Assembly (NCBI RefSeq): GCF_009914755.1
Contig: NC_060932.1
Length of the DNA stretch: 64,000 nt
Reading direction: 5' to 3' (one strand)
Source of the DNA: the human T2T-CHM13v2.0 reference genome, Homo sapiens
Part shown: positions 41,601 through 55,572 of the stretch, in pieces
Position numbering within the stretch: the first letter of the stretch is position 1
Layout of the letters: each line of letters opens with the position of its first letter
Made by a program: the position numbers and the translations under genes
The notes under the pieces: model-generated
What the model was told of the DNA's origin: nothing
Seen by the model: only the letters and a program-made list of their open reading frames with translations
Database searches by the model: none

Positions 41601-44364
41601 ACATTTCTATTGATAGAGCAGTTTTGAGACACTCTTCTTTTGGAATCTGCAAGTGGATATTTGGATAGATTTGAGGATTTCGTTGGAAACGGGATTATAT
41701 ATAAAAAGTAGACAGCAGCATTCTCAGAAACTTCTTTGTGATGTTTGCATCCAGCTCTCAGAGTTGAGCATTCCCTTTCATAGAGTAGGTTTGAAACCCT
41801 CTTTTTATAGTGTCTGGAAGCGGGCATTTGGAGCGCTTTCAGGCCTATGCTTAAAATAGGAAATATCTACCTACAGAAACTAGACAGAAGCATTCTGAGA
41901 ATCACGTTTGTGATGTGGGTACTCAACTAACAGTGTTGATCCATTCTTTTGATACAGCAGTTTTGAACCACACTTTTTGTAGAATCTGCAAGAGGATATT
42001 TGGATAGCTGTGAGGATTTCGTTGGAAACGGGAATGTCTTCAAAGAAAATCTAGACAGAAGCATTCTCAGAAACACCTTCGTGATGTTTGCAATCAAGTC
42101 ACAGAGTTGAACCTTCCGTTTCATAGAGCAGGTTGGAAACACTCTTTTTGTAGTATCTGGAAGTGGACATTTGGAGCGCTTTCAGGCCTATGGTGAAAAA
42201 GGAAATATCTTCCCATAAAAACGACATAGAAGCTATCTCAGGAACTTGTTTATGATGCATCTAATCAACTAAGAGTGTTGAACATTTGTACTGACAGAGC
42301 AGTTTGAAACACTCTTTTTTTGGAATCTGCAAGTGGATATTTGGATCGCTTTGAGGATTTCGTTGGAAACGGGATGCAATATAAAACGTACACAGCAGCA
42401 TACTCAGAAAATACTTTGCCATATTTCCATTCAAGTCACAGAGTGGAACATTCCCATTCATAGAGCAGGTTTGAAACACTCTTTTTGGAGTATCTGGAAG
42501 TGGACATTTGGAGCGCTTTCTGAACTATGGTGAAAAAGGAAATATCTTCCAATGAAAACAAGACAGAAGCATTCTGAGAAACTTATTTGTGATGTGTGTC
42601 CTCAACAAACGGACTTGAACCTTTCGTTTCATGCAGTACTTCTGGAACACTCTTTTTGAAGATTCTGCATGCGGATATTTGGATAGCTTTGAGGATTTCG
42701 TTGGAAACGGGCTTACATGTAAAAATTAGACAGCAGCATTCTCAGAAACTTCTTTGTGGTGTCTGCATTCAAGTCACAGAATTGAACTTCCCCTCACATA
42801 GAGCAGTTGTGCAGCACTCTATTTGTAGTATCTCGAAGTGGACATTTGGAGGGCTTTGTAGCCTATCTGGAAAAAGGAAATATCTTCCCATGAATGCGAG
42901 ATAGAAGTAATCTCAGAAACATGTTTATGCAGTATCTACTCAACTAACTGTGCTGAACATTTCTATTGATAGAGCAGTTTTGAGACACTCTTCTTTTGAA
43001 ATCTGCAAGTGGATATTTGGAAAGATTTGAGGATTTCGTTGGAAACGGGATTATATATAAAAAGTAGACAGCAGCATTCTCAGAAACTTCTTTGTGATGT
43101 TTGCATCCAGCTCTCAGAGTTGAACATTCCCTTTCATAGAGTAGGTTTGAAACCCTCTTTTTATAGTGTCTAGAAGCGGGCATTTGGAGCGCTTTCAGGC
43201 CTATGCTTAAAATAGGAAATATCTACCTACAGAAACTAGACAGAAGCATTCTGAGAATCACGTTTGTGATGTGGGTACTCAACTAACAGTGTTGATCCAT
43301 TCTTTTGATACAGCAGTTTTGAACCACACTTTTTGTAGAATCTGCAAGAGGATATTTGGATAGCTGTGAGGATTTCGTTGGAAACGGGAATGTCTTCAAA
43401 GAAAATCTAGACAGAAGCATTCTCAGAAACACCTTCGTGATGTTTGCAATCAAGTCACAGAGTTGAACCTTCCGTTTCATAGAGCAGGTTGGAAACACTC
43501 TTTTTGTAGTATCTGGAAGTGGACATTTGGAGCGCTTTCAGGCCTATGGTGAAAAAGGAAATATCTTCCCATAAAAACGACATAGAAGCTATCTCAGGAA
43601 CTTGTTTATGATGCATCTAATCAACTAACAGTGTTGAACCTTTGTACTGACAGAGCAGTTTGAAACACTCTTTTTTTGGAATCTGCAAGTGGATATTTGG
43701 ATCGCTTTGAGGATTTCGTTGGAAACGGGATGCAATATAAAACGTACACAGCAGCATACTCAGAAAATACTTTGCCATATTTCCATTCAAGTCACAGAGT
43801 GGAACATTCCCATTCATAGAGCAGGTTTGAAACACTCTTTTTGGAGTATCTGGAAGTGGACATTTGGAGCGCTTTCTGAACTATGGTGAAAAAGGAAATA
43901 TCTTCCAATGAAAACAAGACAGAAGCATTCTGAGAAACTTATTTGTGATGTGTGTCCTCAACAAACGGACTTGAACCTTTCGTTTCATGCAGTACTTCTG
44001 GAACACTCTTTTTGAAGATTCTGCATGCGGATATTTGGATAGCTTTGAGGATTTCGTTGGAAACGGGCTTACATGTAAAAATTAGACAGCAGCATTCTCA
44101 GAAACTTCTTTGTGGTGTCTGCATTCAAGTCACAGAATTGAACATCCCCTCACATAGAGCAGTTGTGCAGCACTCTTTTTGTAGTATCTGGAAGTGGACA
44201 TTTGGAGGGCTTTGTAGCCTATCTGGAAAAAGGAAATATCTTCCCATGAATGCGAGATAGAAGTAATCTCAGAAACATGTTTATGCTGTATCTACTCAAC
44301 TAACTGTGCTGAACATTTCTATTGATAGAGCAGTTTTGAGACACTCTTCTTTTGGAATCTGCAA
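13944..44364 (+). repeat. Block of 24 HOR units made only of 7-mers and 8-mers
   Basis: All ruler spacings from 13944 to 44365 are 1193 or 1354-1356 bp: 7,8,7,7,8,7,7,8,7,8,7,7,8,7,7,8,8,7,7,8,8,7,8,8. Confidence 0.92.
30420..40050 (+). repeat. 5,098-bp period duplication (7,7,8,8 x2)
   Basis: More than ten rare alleles shared at offset 5098, e.g. 31931/37029, 32005/37103, 32397/37495, 32679/37777, 33996/39094, 34169/39267, 34589/39687, 34701/39799. Confidence 0.9.
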
Positions 44365-44389
44365 GTGGATATTTGGATAGATTTGAGGA

Positions 44390-44406
44390 TTTCGTTGGAA
44401 ACGGGA
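44390..44406 (+). promoter_or_regulatory. Canonical CENP-B box (representative of ~200 box positions)
   Basis: TTTCGTTGGAAACGGGA matches the established core NTTCGNNNNANNCGGGN. There are six box positions per 11-mer, four per 7-mer and four per 8-mer. Confidence 0.95.
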
Positions 44407-45240
44407 TTATATATAAAAAGTAGACAGCAGCATTCTCAGAAACTTCTTTGTGATGTTTGCATCCAGCTCTCAGAGTTGAACATTCCCTTTCATAGAGTAG
44501 GTTTGAAACCCTCTTTTTATAGTGTCTGGAAGCGGGCATTTGGAGCGCTTTCAGGCCTATGCTGAAAAAGGAAATATCTACCTATAGAAACTAGACAGAA
44601 GCATTCTGAGAATCACGTTTGTGATGTGAGTACTCAACTAACAGTGTTGATCCATTCTTTTGATACAGCAGTTTTGAACCACACTTTTTGTAGAATCTGC
44701 AAGTGGATATTTGGATAGCTGTGAGGATTTCGTTGGAAACGGGAATGTCTTCATAGAAAATTTAGACAGAAGCATTCTCAGAACCTTGATTGTGATGTGT
44801 GTTCTCCACTAACAGAGTTGAACCTTTCTTTTGACAGAACTGTTCTGAAACATTCTTTTTATAGAATCTGGAAGTGGATATTTGGAAAGCTTTGAGGATT
44901 TCGTTGGAAACGGGAATATCTTCAAATAAAATCTAGCCAGAAGCATTCTAAGAAACATCTTAGGGATGTTTACATTCAAGTCACAGAGTTGAACATTCCC
45001 TTTCACAGAGCAGGTTTGAAACAATCTTCTCGTACTATCTGGCAGTGGACATTTTGAGCTCCTTGGGGCCTATGCTGAAAAAGGAAATATCTTCCGACAA
45101 AAACTAGACAGAAGCATTCGCAGAATCACGTTTGTGATGTGTGCACTCAACTGTCAGAATTGAACCTTGGTTTGGACAGAGCACTTTTGAAACACTCTTT
45201 TTGTAGAATCTGCAGGTGGATATTTGGCTAGCTTTGAGGA

Positions 45241-45257
45241 TTTCGTTGGAAACGGTA
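45241..45257 (+). promoter_or_regulatory. Degenerate CENP-B box fixed in 11-mers and 7-mers (representative)
   Basis: TTTCGTTGGAAACGGTA: the CGGG core is changed to CGGT, predicted not to bind CENP-B. It recurs at the same HOR position (e.g. ~895, ~4630, ~6498). Confidence 0.85.
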
Positions 45258-48200
45258 ATGTCTTCAAAGAAAATCTAGACAGAAGCATTCTCAGAAACAC
45301 CTTCGTGATGTTTGCAATCAAGTCACAGAGTTGAACCTTCCGTTTCATAGAGCAGGTTGGAAACACTCTTTTTGTAGTATCTGGAAGTGGACATTTGGAG
45401 CGCTTTCAGGCCTATGGTGAAAAAGGAAATATCTTCCCATAAAAACGACATAGAAGCTATCTCAGGAACTTGTTTATGATGCATCTAATCAACTAACAGT
45501 GTTGAACCTTTGTACTGACAGAGCAGTTTGAAACACTCTTTTTTTGGAATCTGCAAGTGGATATTTGGATCGCTTTGAGGATTTCGTTGGAAACGGGATG
45601 CAATATAAAACGTACACAGCAGCATACTCAGAAAATACTTTGCCATATTTCCATTCAAGTCACAGAGTGGAACATTCCCATTCATAGAGCAGGTTTGAAA
45701 CACTCTTTTTGGAGTATCTGGAAGTGGACTTTTGGAGCGCTTTCTGAACTATGGTGAAAAAGGAAGTATCTTCCAATGAAAACAAGACAGAAGCTTTATG
45801 AGAAACTTATTTGTGGTGTGTGTCCTCAACAAACGGACTTGAACCTTTCGTTTCATGCAGTACTTCTGGAACACTCTTTTTGAAGATTCTGCATGCGGAT
45901 ATTTGGATAGCTTTGAGGATTTCATTGGAAACGGGCTTACAAGTAAAAATTAGACAGCAGCATTCTCAGAAACTTCTTTGTGGTGTCTGCATTCAAGTCA
46001 CAGAATTGAACATCCCCTCACATAGAGCAGTTGTGCAGCACTCTATTTGTAGTATCTGGAAGTGGACATTTGGAGGGCTTTGTAGCCTATCTGGAAAAAG
46101 GAAATATCTTCCCATGAATGCGAGATAGAAGTAATGTCAGAAACATGTTTATGCTGTATCTACTCAACTAACTGTGCTGAACATTTCTATTGATAGAGCA
46201 GTTTTGAGACACTCTTCTTTTGGAATCTGCAAGTGGATATTTGGATAGATTTGAGGATTTCGTTGGAAACGGGATTATATATAAAAAGTAGACAGCAGCA
46301 TTCTCAGAAACTTCTTTGTGATGTTTGCATCCAGCTCTCAGAGTTGAACATTCCCTTTCATAGAGTAGGTTTGAAACCCTCTTTTTATAGTGTCTGGAAG
46401 CGGGCGTTTGGAGCGCTTTCAGGCCTATGCTGAAAAAGGAAATATCTACCTATAGAAACTAGACAGAAGCATTCTGAGAATCACGTTTGTGATGTGGGTA
46501 CTCAACTAACAGTGTTGATCCATTCTTTTGATACAGCAGTTTTGAACCACACTTTTTGTAGAATCTGCAAGTGGATATTTGGATAGCTGTGAGGATTTCG
46601 TTGGAAACGGGAATGTCTTCATAGAAAATTTAGACAGAAGCATTCTCAGAACCTTGATTGTGATGTGTGTTCTCCACTAACAGAGTTGAACCTTTCTTTT
46701 GACAGAACTGTTCTGAAACATTCTTTTTATAGAATCTGGAAGTGGATATTTGGAAAGCTTTGAGGATTTCGTTGGAAACGGGAATATCTTCAAATAAAAT
46801 CTAGCCAGAAGCTTTCTAAGAAACATCTTAGGGATGTTTACATTCAAGTCACAGAGTTGAACATTCCCTTTCACAGAGCAGGTTTGAAACAATCTTCTCG
46901 TACTATCTGGCAGTGGACATTTTGAGCTCCTTGGGGCCTATGCTGAAAAAGGAAATATCTTCCGACAAAAACTAGACAGAAGCATTCGCAGAATCACGTT
47001 TGTGATGTGTGCACTCAACTGTCAGAATTGAACCTTGGTTTGGACAGAGCACTTTTGAAACACTCTTTTTGTAGAATCTGCAGGTGGATATTTGGCTAGC
47101 TTTGAGGATTTCGTTGGAAACGGTAATGTCTTCAAAGAAAATCTAGACAGAAGCATTCTCAGAAACACCTTCGTGATGTTTGCAATCAAGTCACAGAGTT
47201 GAACCTTCCGTTTCATAGAGCAGGTTGGAAACACTCTTTTTGTAGTATCTGGAAGTGGACATTTGGAGCGCTTTCAGGCCTATGGTGAAAAAGGAAATAT
47301 CTTCCCATAAAAACGACATAGAAGCTATCTCAGGAACTTGTTTATGATGCATCTAATCAACTAACAGTGTTGAACCTTTGTACTGACAGAGCAGTTTGAA
47401 ACACTCTTTTTTTGGAATCTGCAAGTGGATATTTGGATCGCTTTGAGGATTTCGTTGGAAACGGGATGCAATATAAAACGTACACAGCAGCATACTCAGA
47501 AAATACTTTGCCATATTTCCATTCAAGTCACAGAGTGGAACATTCCCATTCATAGAGCAGGTTTGAAACACTCTTTTTGGAGTATCTGGAAGTGGACATT
47601 TGGAGCGCTTTCTGAACTATGGTGAAAAAGGAAATATCTTCCAATGAAAACAAGACAGAAGCATTCTGAGAAACTTATTTGTGATGTGTGTCCTCAACAA
47701 ACGGACTTGAACCTTTCGTTTCATGCAGTACTTCTGGAACACTCTTTTTGAAGATTCTGCATGCGGATATTTGGATAGCTTTGAGGATTTCGTTGGAAAC
47801 GGGCTTCCATGTAAAAATTAGACAGCAGCATTCTCAGAAACTTCTTTGTGGTGTCTGCATTCAAGTCACAGAATTGAACATCCCCTCATATAGAGCAGTT
47901 GTGCAGCACTCTTTTTGTAGTATCTGGAAGTGGACATTTGGAGGGCTTTGTAGCCTATCTGGAAAAAGGAAATATCTTCCCATGAATGCGAGATAGAAGT
48001 AATCTCAGAAACATGTTTATGCTGTATCTACTCAACTAACTGTGCTGAACATTTCTATTGATAGAGCAGTTTTGAGACACTCTTCTTTTGGAATCTGCAA
48101 GCGGATATTTGGATAGATTTGAGGATTTCGTTGGAAACGGGATTATATATAAAAAGTAGACAGCAGCATTCTCAGAAACTTCTTTGTGATGTTTGCATCC

Positions 48201-51200
48201 AGCTCTCAGAGTTGAACATTCCCTTTCATAGAGTAGGTTTGAAACCCTCTTTTTATAGTGTCTGGAAGCGGGCATTTGGAGCGCTTTCAGGCCTATGCTG
48301 AAAAAGGAAATATCTACCTATAGAAACTAGACAGAAGCATTCTGAGAATCACGTTTGTGATGTGAGTACTCAACTAACAGTGTTGATCCATTCTTTTGAT
48401 ACAGCAGTTTTGAACCACACTTTTTGTAGAATCTGCAAGTGGATATTTGGATAGCTGTGAGGATTTCGTTGGAAACGGGAATGTCTTCATAGAAAATTTA
48501 GACAGAAGCATTCTCAGAACCTTGATTGTGATGTGTGTTCTCCACTAACAGAGTTGAACCTTTCTTTTGACAGAACTGTTCTGAAACATTCTTTTTATAG
48601 AATCTGGAAGTGGATATTTGGAAAGCTTTGAGGATTTCGTTGGAAACGGGAATATCTTCAAATAAAATCTAGCCAGAAGCATTCTAAGAAACATCTTAGG
48701 GATGTTTACATTCAAGTCACAGAGTTGAACATTCCCTTTCACAGAGCAGGTTTGAAACAATCTTCTCGTACTATCTGGCAGTGGACATTTTGAGCTCCTT
48801 GGGGCCTATGCTGAAAAAGGAAATATCTTCCGACAAAAACTAGACAGAAGCATTCGCAGAATCACGTTTGTGATGTGTGCACTCAACTGTCAGAATTGAA
48901 CCTTGGTTTGGACAGAGCACTTTTGAAACACTCTTTTTGTAGAATCTGCAGGTGGATATTTGGCTAGCTGTGAGGATTTCGTTGGAAACGGGAATGTCTT
49001 CAAAGAAAATCTAGACAGAAGCATTCTCAGAAACACCTTCGTGATGTTTGCAATCAAGTCACAGAGTTGAACCTTCCGTTTCATAGAGCAGGTTGGAAAC
49101 ACTCTTTTTGTAGTATCTGGAAGTGGACATTTGGAGCGCTTTCAGGCCTATGGTGAAAAAGGAAATATCTTCCCATAAAAACGACATAGAAGCTATCTCA
49201 GGAACTTGTTTATGATGCATCTAATCAACTAACAGTGTTGAACCTTTGTACTGACAGAGCAGTTTGAAACACTCTTTTTTTGGAATCTGCAAGTGGATAT
49301 TTGGATCGCTTTGAGGATTTCGTTGGAAACGGGATGCAATATAAAACGTACACAGCAGCATACTCAGAAAATACTTTGCCATATTTCCATTCAAGTCACA
49401 GAGTGGAACATTCCCATTCATAGAGCAGGTTTGAAACACTCTTTTTGGAGTATCTGGAAGTGGACATTTGGAGCGCTTTCTGAACTATGGTGAAAAAGGA
49501 AATATCTTCCAATGAAAACAAGACAGAAGCATTCTGAGAAACTTATTTGTGATGTGTGTCCTCAACAAACGGACTTGAACCTTTCGTTTCATGCAGTACT
49601 TCTGGAACACTCTTTTTGAAGATTCTGCATGCGGATATTTGGATAGCTTTGAGGATTTCGTTGGAAACGGGCTTACATGTAAAAATTAGACAGCAGCATT
49701 CTCAGAAACTTCTTTGTGGTGTCTGCATTCAAGTCACAGAATTGAACATCCCCTCACATAGAGCAGTTGTGCAGCACTCTTTTTGTAGTATCTGGAAGTG
49801 GACATTTGGAGGGCTTTGTAGCCTATCTGGAAAAAGGAAATATCTTCCCATGAATGCGAGATAGAAGTAATCTCAGAAACATGTTTATGCTGTATCTACT
49901 CAACTAACTGTGCTGAACATTTCTATTGATAGAGCAGTTTTGAGACACTCTTCTTTTGGAATCTGCAAGTGGATATTTGGATAGATTTGAGGATTTCGTT
50001 GGAAACGGGATTATATATAAAAAGTAGACAGCAGCATTCTCAGAAACTTCTTTGTGATGTTTGCATCCAGCTCTCAGAGTTGAACATTCCCTTTCATAGA
50101 GTAGGTTTGAAACCCTCTTTTTATAGTGTCTGGAAGCGGGCATTTGGAGCGCTTTCAGGCCTATGCTGAAAAAGGAAATATCTACCTATAGAAACTAGAC
50201 AGAAGCATTCTGAGAATCACGTTTGTGATGTGAGTACTCAACTAACAGTGTTGATCCATTCTTTTGATACAGCAGTTTTGAACCACACTTTTTGTAGAAT
50301 CTGCAAGTGGATATTTGGATAGCTGTGAGGATTTCGTTGGAAACGGGAATGTCTTCATAGAAAATTTAGACAGAAGCATTCTCAGAACCTTGATTGTGAT
50401 GTGTGTTCTCCACTAACAGAGTTGAACCTTTCTTTTGACAGAACTGTTCTGAAACATTCTTTTTATAGAATCTGGAAGTGGATATTTGGAAAGCTTTGAG
50501 GATTTCGTTGGAAACGGGAATATCTTCAAATAAAATCTAGCCAGAAGCATTCTAAGAAACATCTTAGGGATGTTTACATTCAAGTCACAGAGTTGAACAT
50601 TCCCTTTCACAGAGCAGGTTTGAAACAATCTTCTCGTACTATCTGGCAGTGGACATTTTGAGCTCCTTGGGGCCTATGCTGAAAAAGGAAATATCTTCCG
50701 ACAAAAACTAGACAGAAGCATTCGCAGAATCACGTTTGTGATGTGTGCACTCAACTGTCAGAATTGAACCTTGGTTTGGACAGAGCACTTTTGAAACACT
50801 CTTTTTGTAGAATCTGCAGGTGGATATTTGGCTAGCTTTGAGGATTTCGTTGGAAACGGTAATGTCTTCAAAGAAAATCTAGACAGAAGCATTCTCAGAA
50901 ACACCTTCGTGATGTTTGCAATCAAGTCACAGAGTTGAACCTTCCGTTTCATAGAGCAGGTTGGAAACACTCTTTTTGTAGTATCTGGAAGTGGACATTT
51001 GGAGCGCTTTCAGGCCTATGGTGAAAAAGGAAATATCTTCCCATAAAAACGACATAGAAGCTATCTCAGGAACTTGTTTATGATGCATCTAATCAACTAA
51101 CAGTGTTGAACCTTTGTACTGACAGAGCAGTTTGAAACACTCTTTTTTTGGAATCTGCAAGTGGATATTTGGATCGCTTTGAGGATTTCGTTGGAAACGG

Positions 51201-54200
51201 GATGCAATATAAAACGTACACAGCAGCATACTCAGAAAATACTTTGCCATATTTCCATTCAAGTCACAGAGTGGAACATTCCCATTCATAGAGCAGGTTT
51301 GAAACACTCTTTTTGGAGTATCTGGAAGTGGACTTTTGGAGCGCTTTCTGAACTATGGTGAAAAAGGAAGTATCTTCCAATGAAAACAAGACAGAAGCTT
51401 TATGAGAAACTTATTTGTGGTGTGTGTCCTCAACAAACGGACTTGAACCTTTCGTTTCATGCAGTACTTCTGGAACACTCTTTTTGAAGATTCTGCATGC
51501 GGATATTTGGATAGCTTTGAGGATTTCATTGGAAACGGGCTTACAAGTAAAAATTAGACAGCAGCATTCTCAGAAACTTCTTTGTGGTGTCTGCATTCAA
51601 GTCACAGAATTGAACATCCCCTCACATAGAGCAGTTGTGCAGCACTCTATTTGTAGTATCTGGAAGTGGACATTTGGAGGGCTTTGTAGCCTATCTGGAA
51701 AAAGGAAATATCTTCCCATGAATGCGAGATAGAAGTAATCTCAGAAACATGTTTATGCTGTATCTACTCAACTAACTGTGCTGAACATTTCTATTGATAG
51801 AGCAGTTTTGAGACACTCTTCTTTTGGAATCTGCAAGTGGATATTTGGATAGATTTGAGGATTTCGTTGGAAACGGGATTATATATAAAAAGTAGACAGC
51901 AGCATTCTCAGAAACTTCTTTGTGATGTTTGCATCCAGCTCTCAGAGTTGAACATTCCCTTTCATAGAGTAGGTTTGAAACCCTCTTTTTATAGTGTCTG
52001 GAAGCGGGCGTTTGGAGCGCTTTCAGGCCTATGCTGAAAAAGGAAATATCTACCTATAGAAACTAGACAGAAGCATTCTGAGAATCACGTTTGTGATGTG
52101 GGTACTCAACTAACAGTGTTGATCCATTCTTTTGATACAGCAGTTTTGAACCACACTTTTTGTAGAATCTGCAAGTGGATATTTGGATAGCTGTGAGGAT
52201 TTCGTTGGAAACGGGAATGTCTTCATAGAAAATTTAGACAGAAGCATTCTCAGAACCTTGATTGTGATGTGTGTTCTCCACTAACAGAGTTGAACCTTTC
52301 TTTTGACAGAACTGTTCTGAAACATTCTTTTTATAGAATCTGGAAGTGGATATTTGGAAAGCTTTGAGGATTTCGTTGGAAACGGGAATATCTTCAAATA
52401 AAATCTAGCCAGAAGCTTTCTAAGAAACATCTTAGGGATGTTTACATTCAAGTCACAGAGTTGAACATTCCCTTTCACAGAGCAGGTTTGAAACAATCTT
52501 CTCGTACTATCTGGCAGTGGACATTTTGAGCTCCTTGGGGCCTATGCTGAAAAAGGAAATATCTTCCGACAAAAACTAGACAGAAGCATTCGCAGAATCA
52601 CGTTTGTGATGTGTGCACTCAACTGTCAGAATTGAACCTTGGTTTGGACAGAGCACTTTTGAAACACTCTTTTTGTAGAATCTGCAGGTGGATATTTGGC
52701 TAGCTTTGAGGATTTCGTTGGAAACGGTAATGTCTTCAAAGAAAATCTAGACAGAAGCATTCTCAGAAACACCTTCGTGATGTTTGCAATCAAGTCACAG
52801 AGTTGAACCTTCCGTTTCATAGAGCAGGTTGGAAACACTCTTTTTGTAGTATCTGGAAGTGGACATTTGGAGCGCTTTCAGGCCTATGGTGAAAAAGGAA
52901 ATATCTTCCCATAAAAACGACATAGAAGCTATCTCAGGAACTTGTTTATGATGCATCTAATCAACTAACAGTGTTGAACCTTTGTACTGACAGAGCAGTT
53001 TGAAACACTCTTTTTTTGGAATCTGCAAGTGGATATTTGGATCGCTTTGAGGATTTCGTTGGAAACGGGATGCAATATAAAACGTACACAGCAGCATACT
53101 CAGAAAATACTTTGCCATATTTCCATTCAAGTCACAGAGTGGAACATTCCCATTCATAGAGCAGGTTTGAAACACTCTTTTTGGAGTATCTGGAAGTGGA
53201 CATTTGGAGCGCTTTCTGAACTATGGTGAAAAAGGAAATATCTTCCAATGAAAACAAGACAGAAGCATTCTGAGAAACTTATTTGTGATGTGTGTCCTCA
53301 ACAAACGGACTTGAACCTTTCGTTTCATGCAGTACTTCTGGAACACTCTTTTTGAAGATTCTGCATGCGGATATTTGGATAGCTTTGAGGATTTCGTTGG
53401 AAACGGGCTTCCATGTAAAAATTAGACAGCAGCATTCTCAGAAACTTCTTTGTGGTGTCTGCATTCAAGTCACAGAATTGAACATCCCCTCATATAGAGC
53501 AGTTGTGCAGCACTCTTTTTGTAGTATCTGGAAGTGGACATTTGGAGGGCTTTGTAGCCTATCTGGAAAAAGGAAATATCTTCCCATGAATGCGAGATAG
53601 AAGTAATCTCAGAAACATGTTTATGCTGTATCTACTCAACTAACTGTGCTGAACATTTCTATTGATAGAGCAGTTTTGAGACACTCTTCTTTTGGAATCT
53701 GCAAGCGGATATTTGGATAGATTTGAGGATTTCGTTGGAAACGGGATTATATATAAAAAGTAGACAGCAGCATTCTCAGAAACTTCTTTGTGATGTTTGC
53801 ATCCAGCTCTCAGAGTTGAACATTCCCTTTCATAGAGTAGGTTTGAAACCCTCTTTTTATAGTGTCTGGAAGCGGGCATTTGGAGCGCTTTCAGGCCTAT
53901 GCTGAAAAAGGAAATATCTACCTATAGAAACTAGACAGAAGCATTCTGAGAATCACGTTTGTGATGTGAGTACTCAACTAACAGTGTTGATCCATTCTTT
54001 TGATACAGCAGTTTTGAACCACACTTTTTGTAGAATCTGCAAGTGGATATTTGGATAGCTGTGAGGATTTCGTTGGAAACGGGAATGTCTTCATAGAAAA
54101 TTTAGACAGAAGCATTCTCAGAACCTTGATTGTGATGTGTGTTCTCCACTAACAGAGTTGAACCTTTCTTTTGACAGAACTGTTCTGAAACATTCTTTTT

Positions 54201-55572
54201 ATAGAATCTGGAAGTGGATATTTGGAAAGCTTTGAGGATTTCGTTGGAAACGGGAATATCTTCAAATAAAATCTAGCCAGAAGCATTCTAAGAAACATCT
54301 TAGGGATGTTTACATTCAAGTCACAGAGTTGAACATTCCCTTTCACAGAGCAGGTTTGAAACAATCTTCTCGTACTATCTGGCAGTGGACATTTTGAGCT
54401 CCTTGGGGCCTATGCTGAAAAAGGAAATATCTTCCGACAAAAACTAGACAGAAGCATTCGCAGAATCACGTTTGTGATGTGTGCACTCAACTGTCAGAAT
54501 TGAACCTTGGTTTGGACAGAGCACTTTTGAAACACTCTTTTTGTAGAATCTGCAGGTGGATATTTGGCTAGCTTTGAGGATTTCGTTGGAAACGGTAATG
54601 TCTTCAAAGAAAATCTAGACAGAAGCATTCTCAGAAACACCTTCGTGATGTTTGCAATCAAGTCACAGAGTTGAACCTTCCGTTTCATAGAGCAGGTTGG
54701 AAACACTCTTATTGTAGTATCTGGAAGTGGACATTTGGAGCGCTTTCAGGCCTATGGTGAAAAAGGAAATATCTTCCCATAAAAACGACATAGAAGCTAT
54801 CTCAGGAACTTGTTTATGATGCATCTAATCAACTAACAGTGTTGAACCTTTGTACTGACAGAGCAGTTTGAAACACTCTTTTTTTGGAATCTGCAAGTGG
54901 ATATTTGGATCGCTTTGAGGATTTCGTTGGAAACGGGATGCAATATAAAACGTACACAGCAGCATACTCAGAAAATACTTTGCCATATTTCCATTCAAGT
55001 CACAGAGTGGAACATTCCCATTCATAGAGCAGGTTGGAAACACTCTTTTTGGAGTATCTGGAAGTGGACATTTGGAGCGCTTTCTGAACTATGGTGAAAA
55101 AGGAAATATCTTCCAATGAAAACAAGACAGAAGCATTCTGAGAAACTTATTTGTGATGTGTGTCCTCAACAAACGGACTTGAACCTTTCGTTTCATGCAG
55201 TACTTCTGGAACACTCTTTTTGAAGATTCTGCATGCGGATATTTGGATAGCTTTGAGGATTTCGTTGAAAACGGGCTTACATGTAAAAATTAGACAGCAG
55301 CATTCTCAGAAACTTCTTTGTGGTGTCTGCATTCAAGTCACAGAATTGAACTTCCCCTCACATAGAGCAGTTGTGCAGCACTCTATTTGTAGTATCTCGA
55401 AGTGGACATTTGGAGGGCTTTGTAGCCTATCTGGAAAAAGGAAATATCTTCCCATGAATGCGAGATAGAAGTAATCTCAGAAACATGTTTATGCTGTATC
55501 TACTCAACTAACTGTGCTGAACATTTCTATTGATAGAGCAGTTTTGAGACACTCTTCTTTTGGAATCTGCAA

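Larger units (their letters stand above)
43361..54568 (+). repeat. 5,604-bp tandem duplication (33 monomers x2)
   Basis: Rare alleles shared at offset 5604: 45730/51334, 45924/51528, 46406/52010, 48102/53706 and others. A hybrid junction is visible at 48964-48970. Confidence 0.92.
44365..55572 (+). repeat. Run of six 11-mer HOR units (1868 bp each)
   Basis: Ruler starts 44365, 46233, 48101, 49969, 51837, 53705, 55573. Confidence 0.94.

Noticed and set aside
13944-44364. Order of 7- and 8-mers as a code or quasi-periodic pattern
   Set aside because: Shared SNVs show the order is adequately explained by nested duplications.
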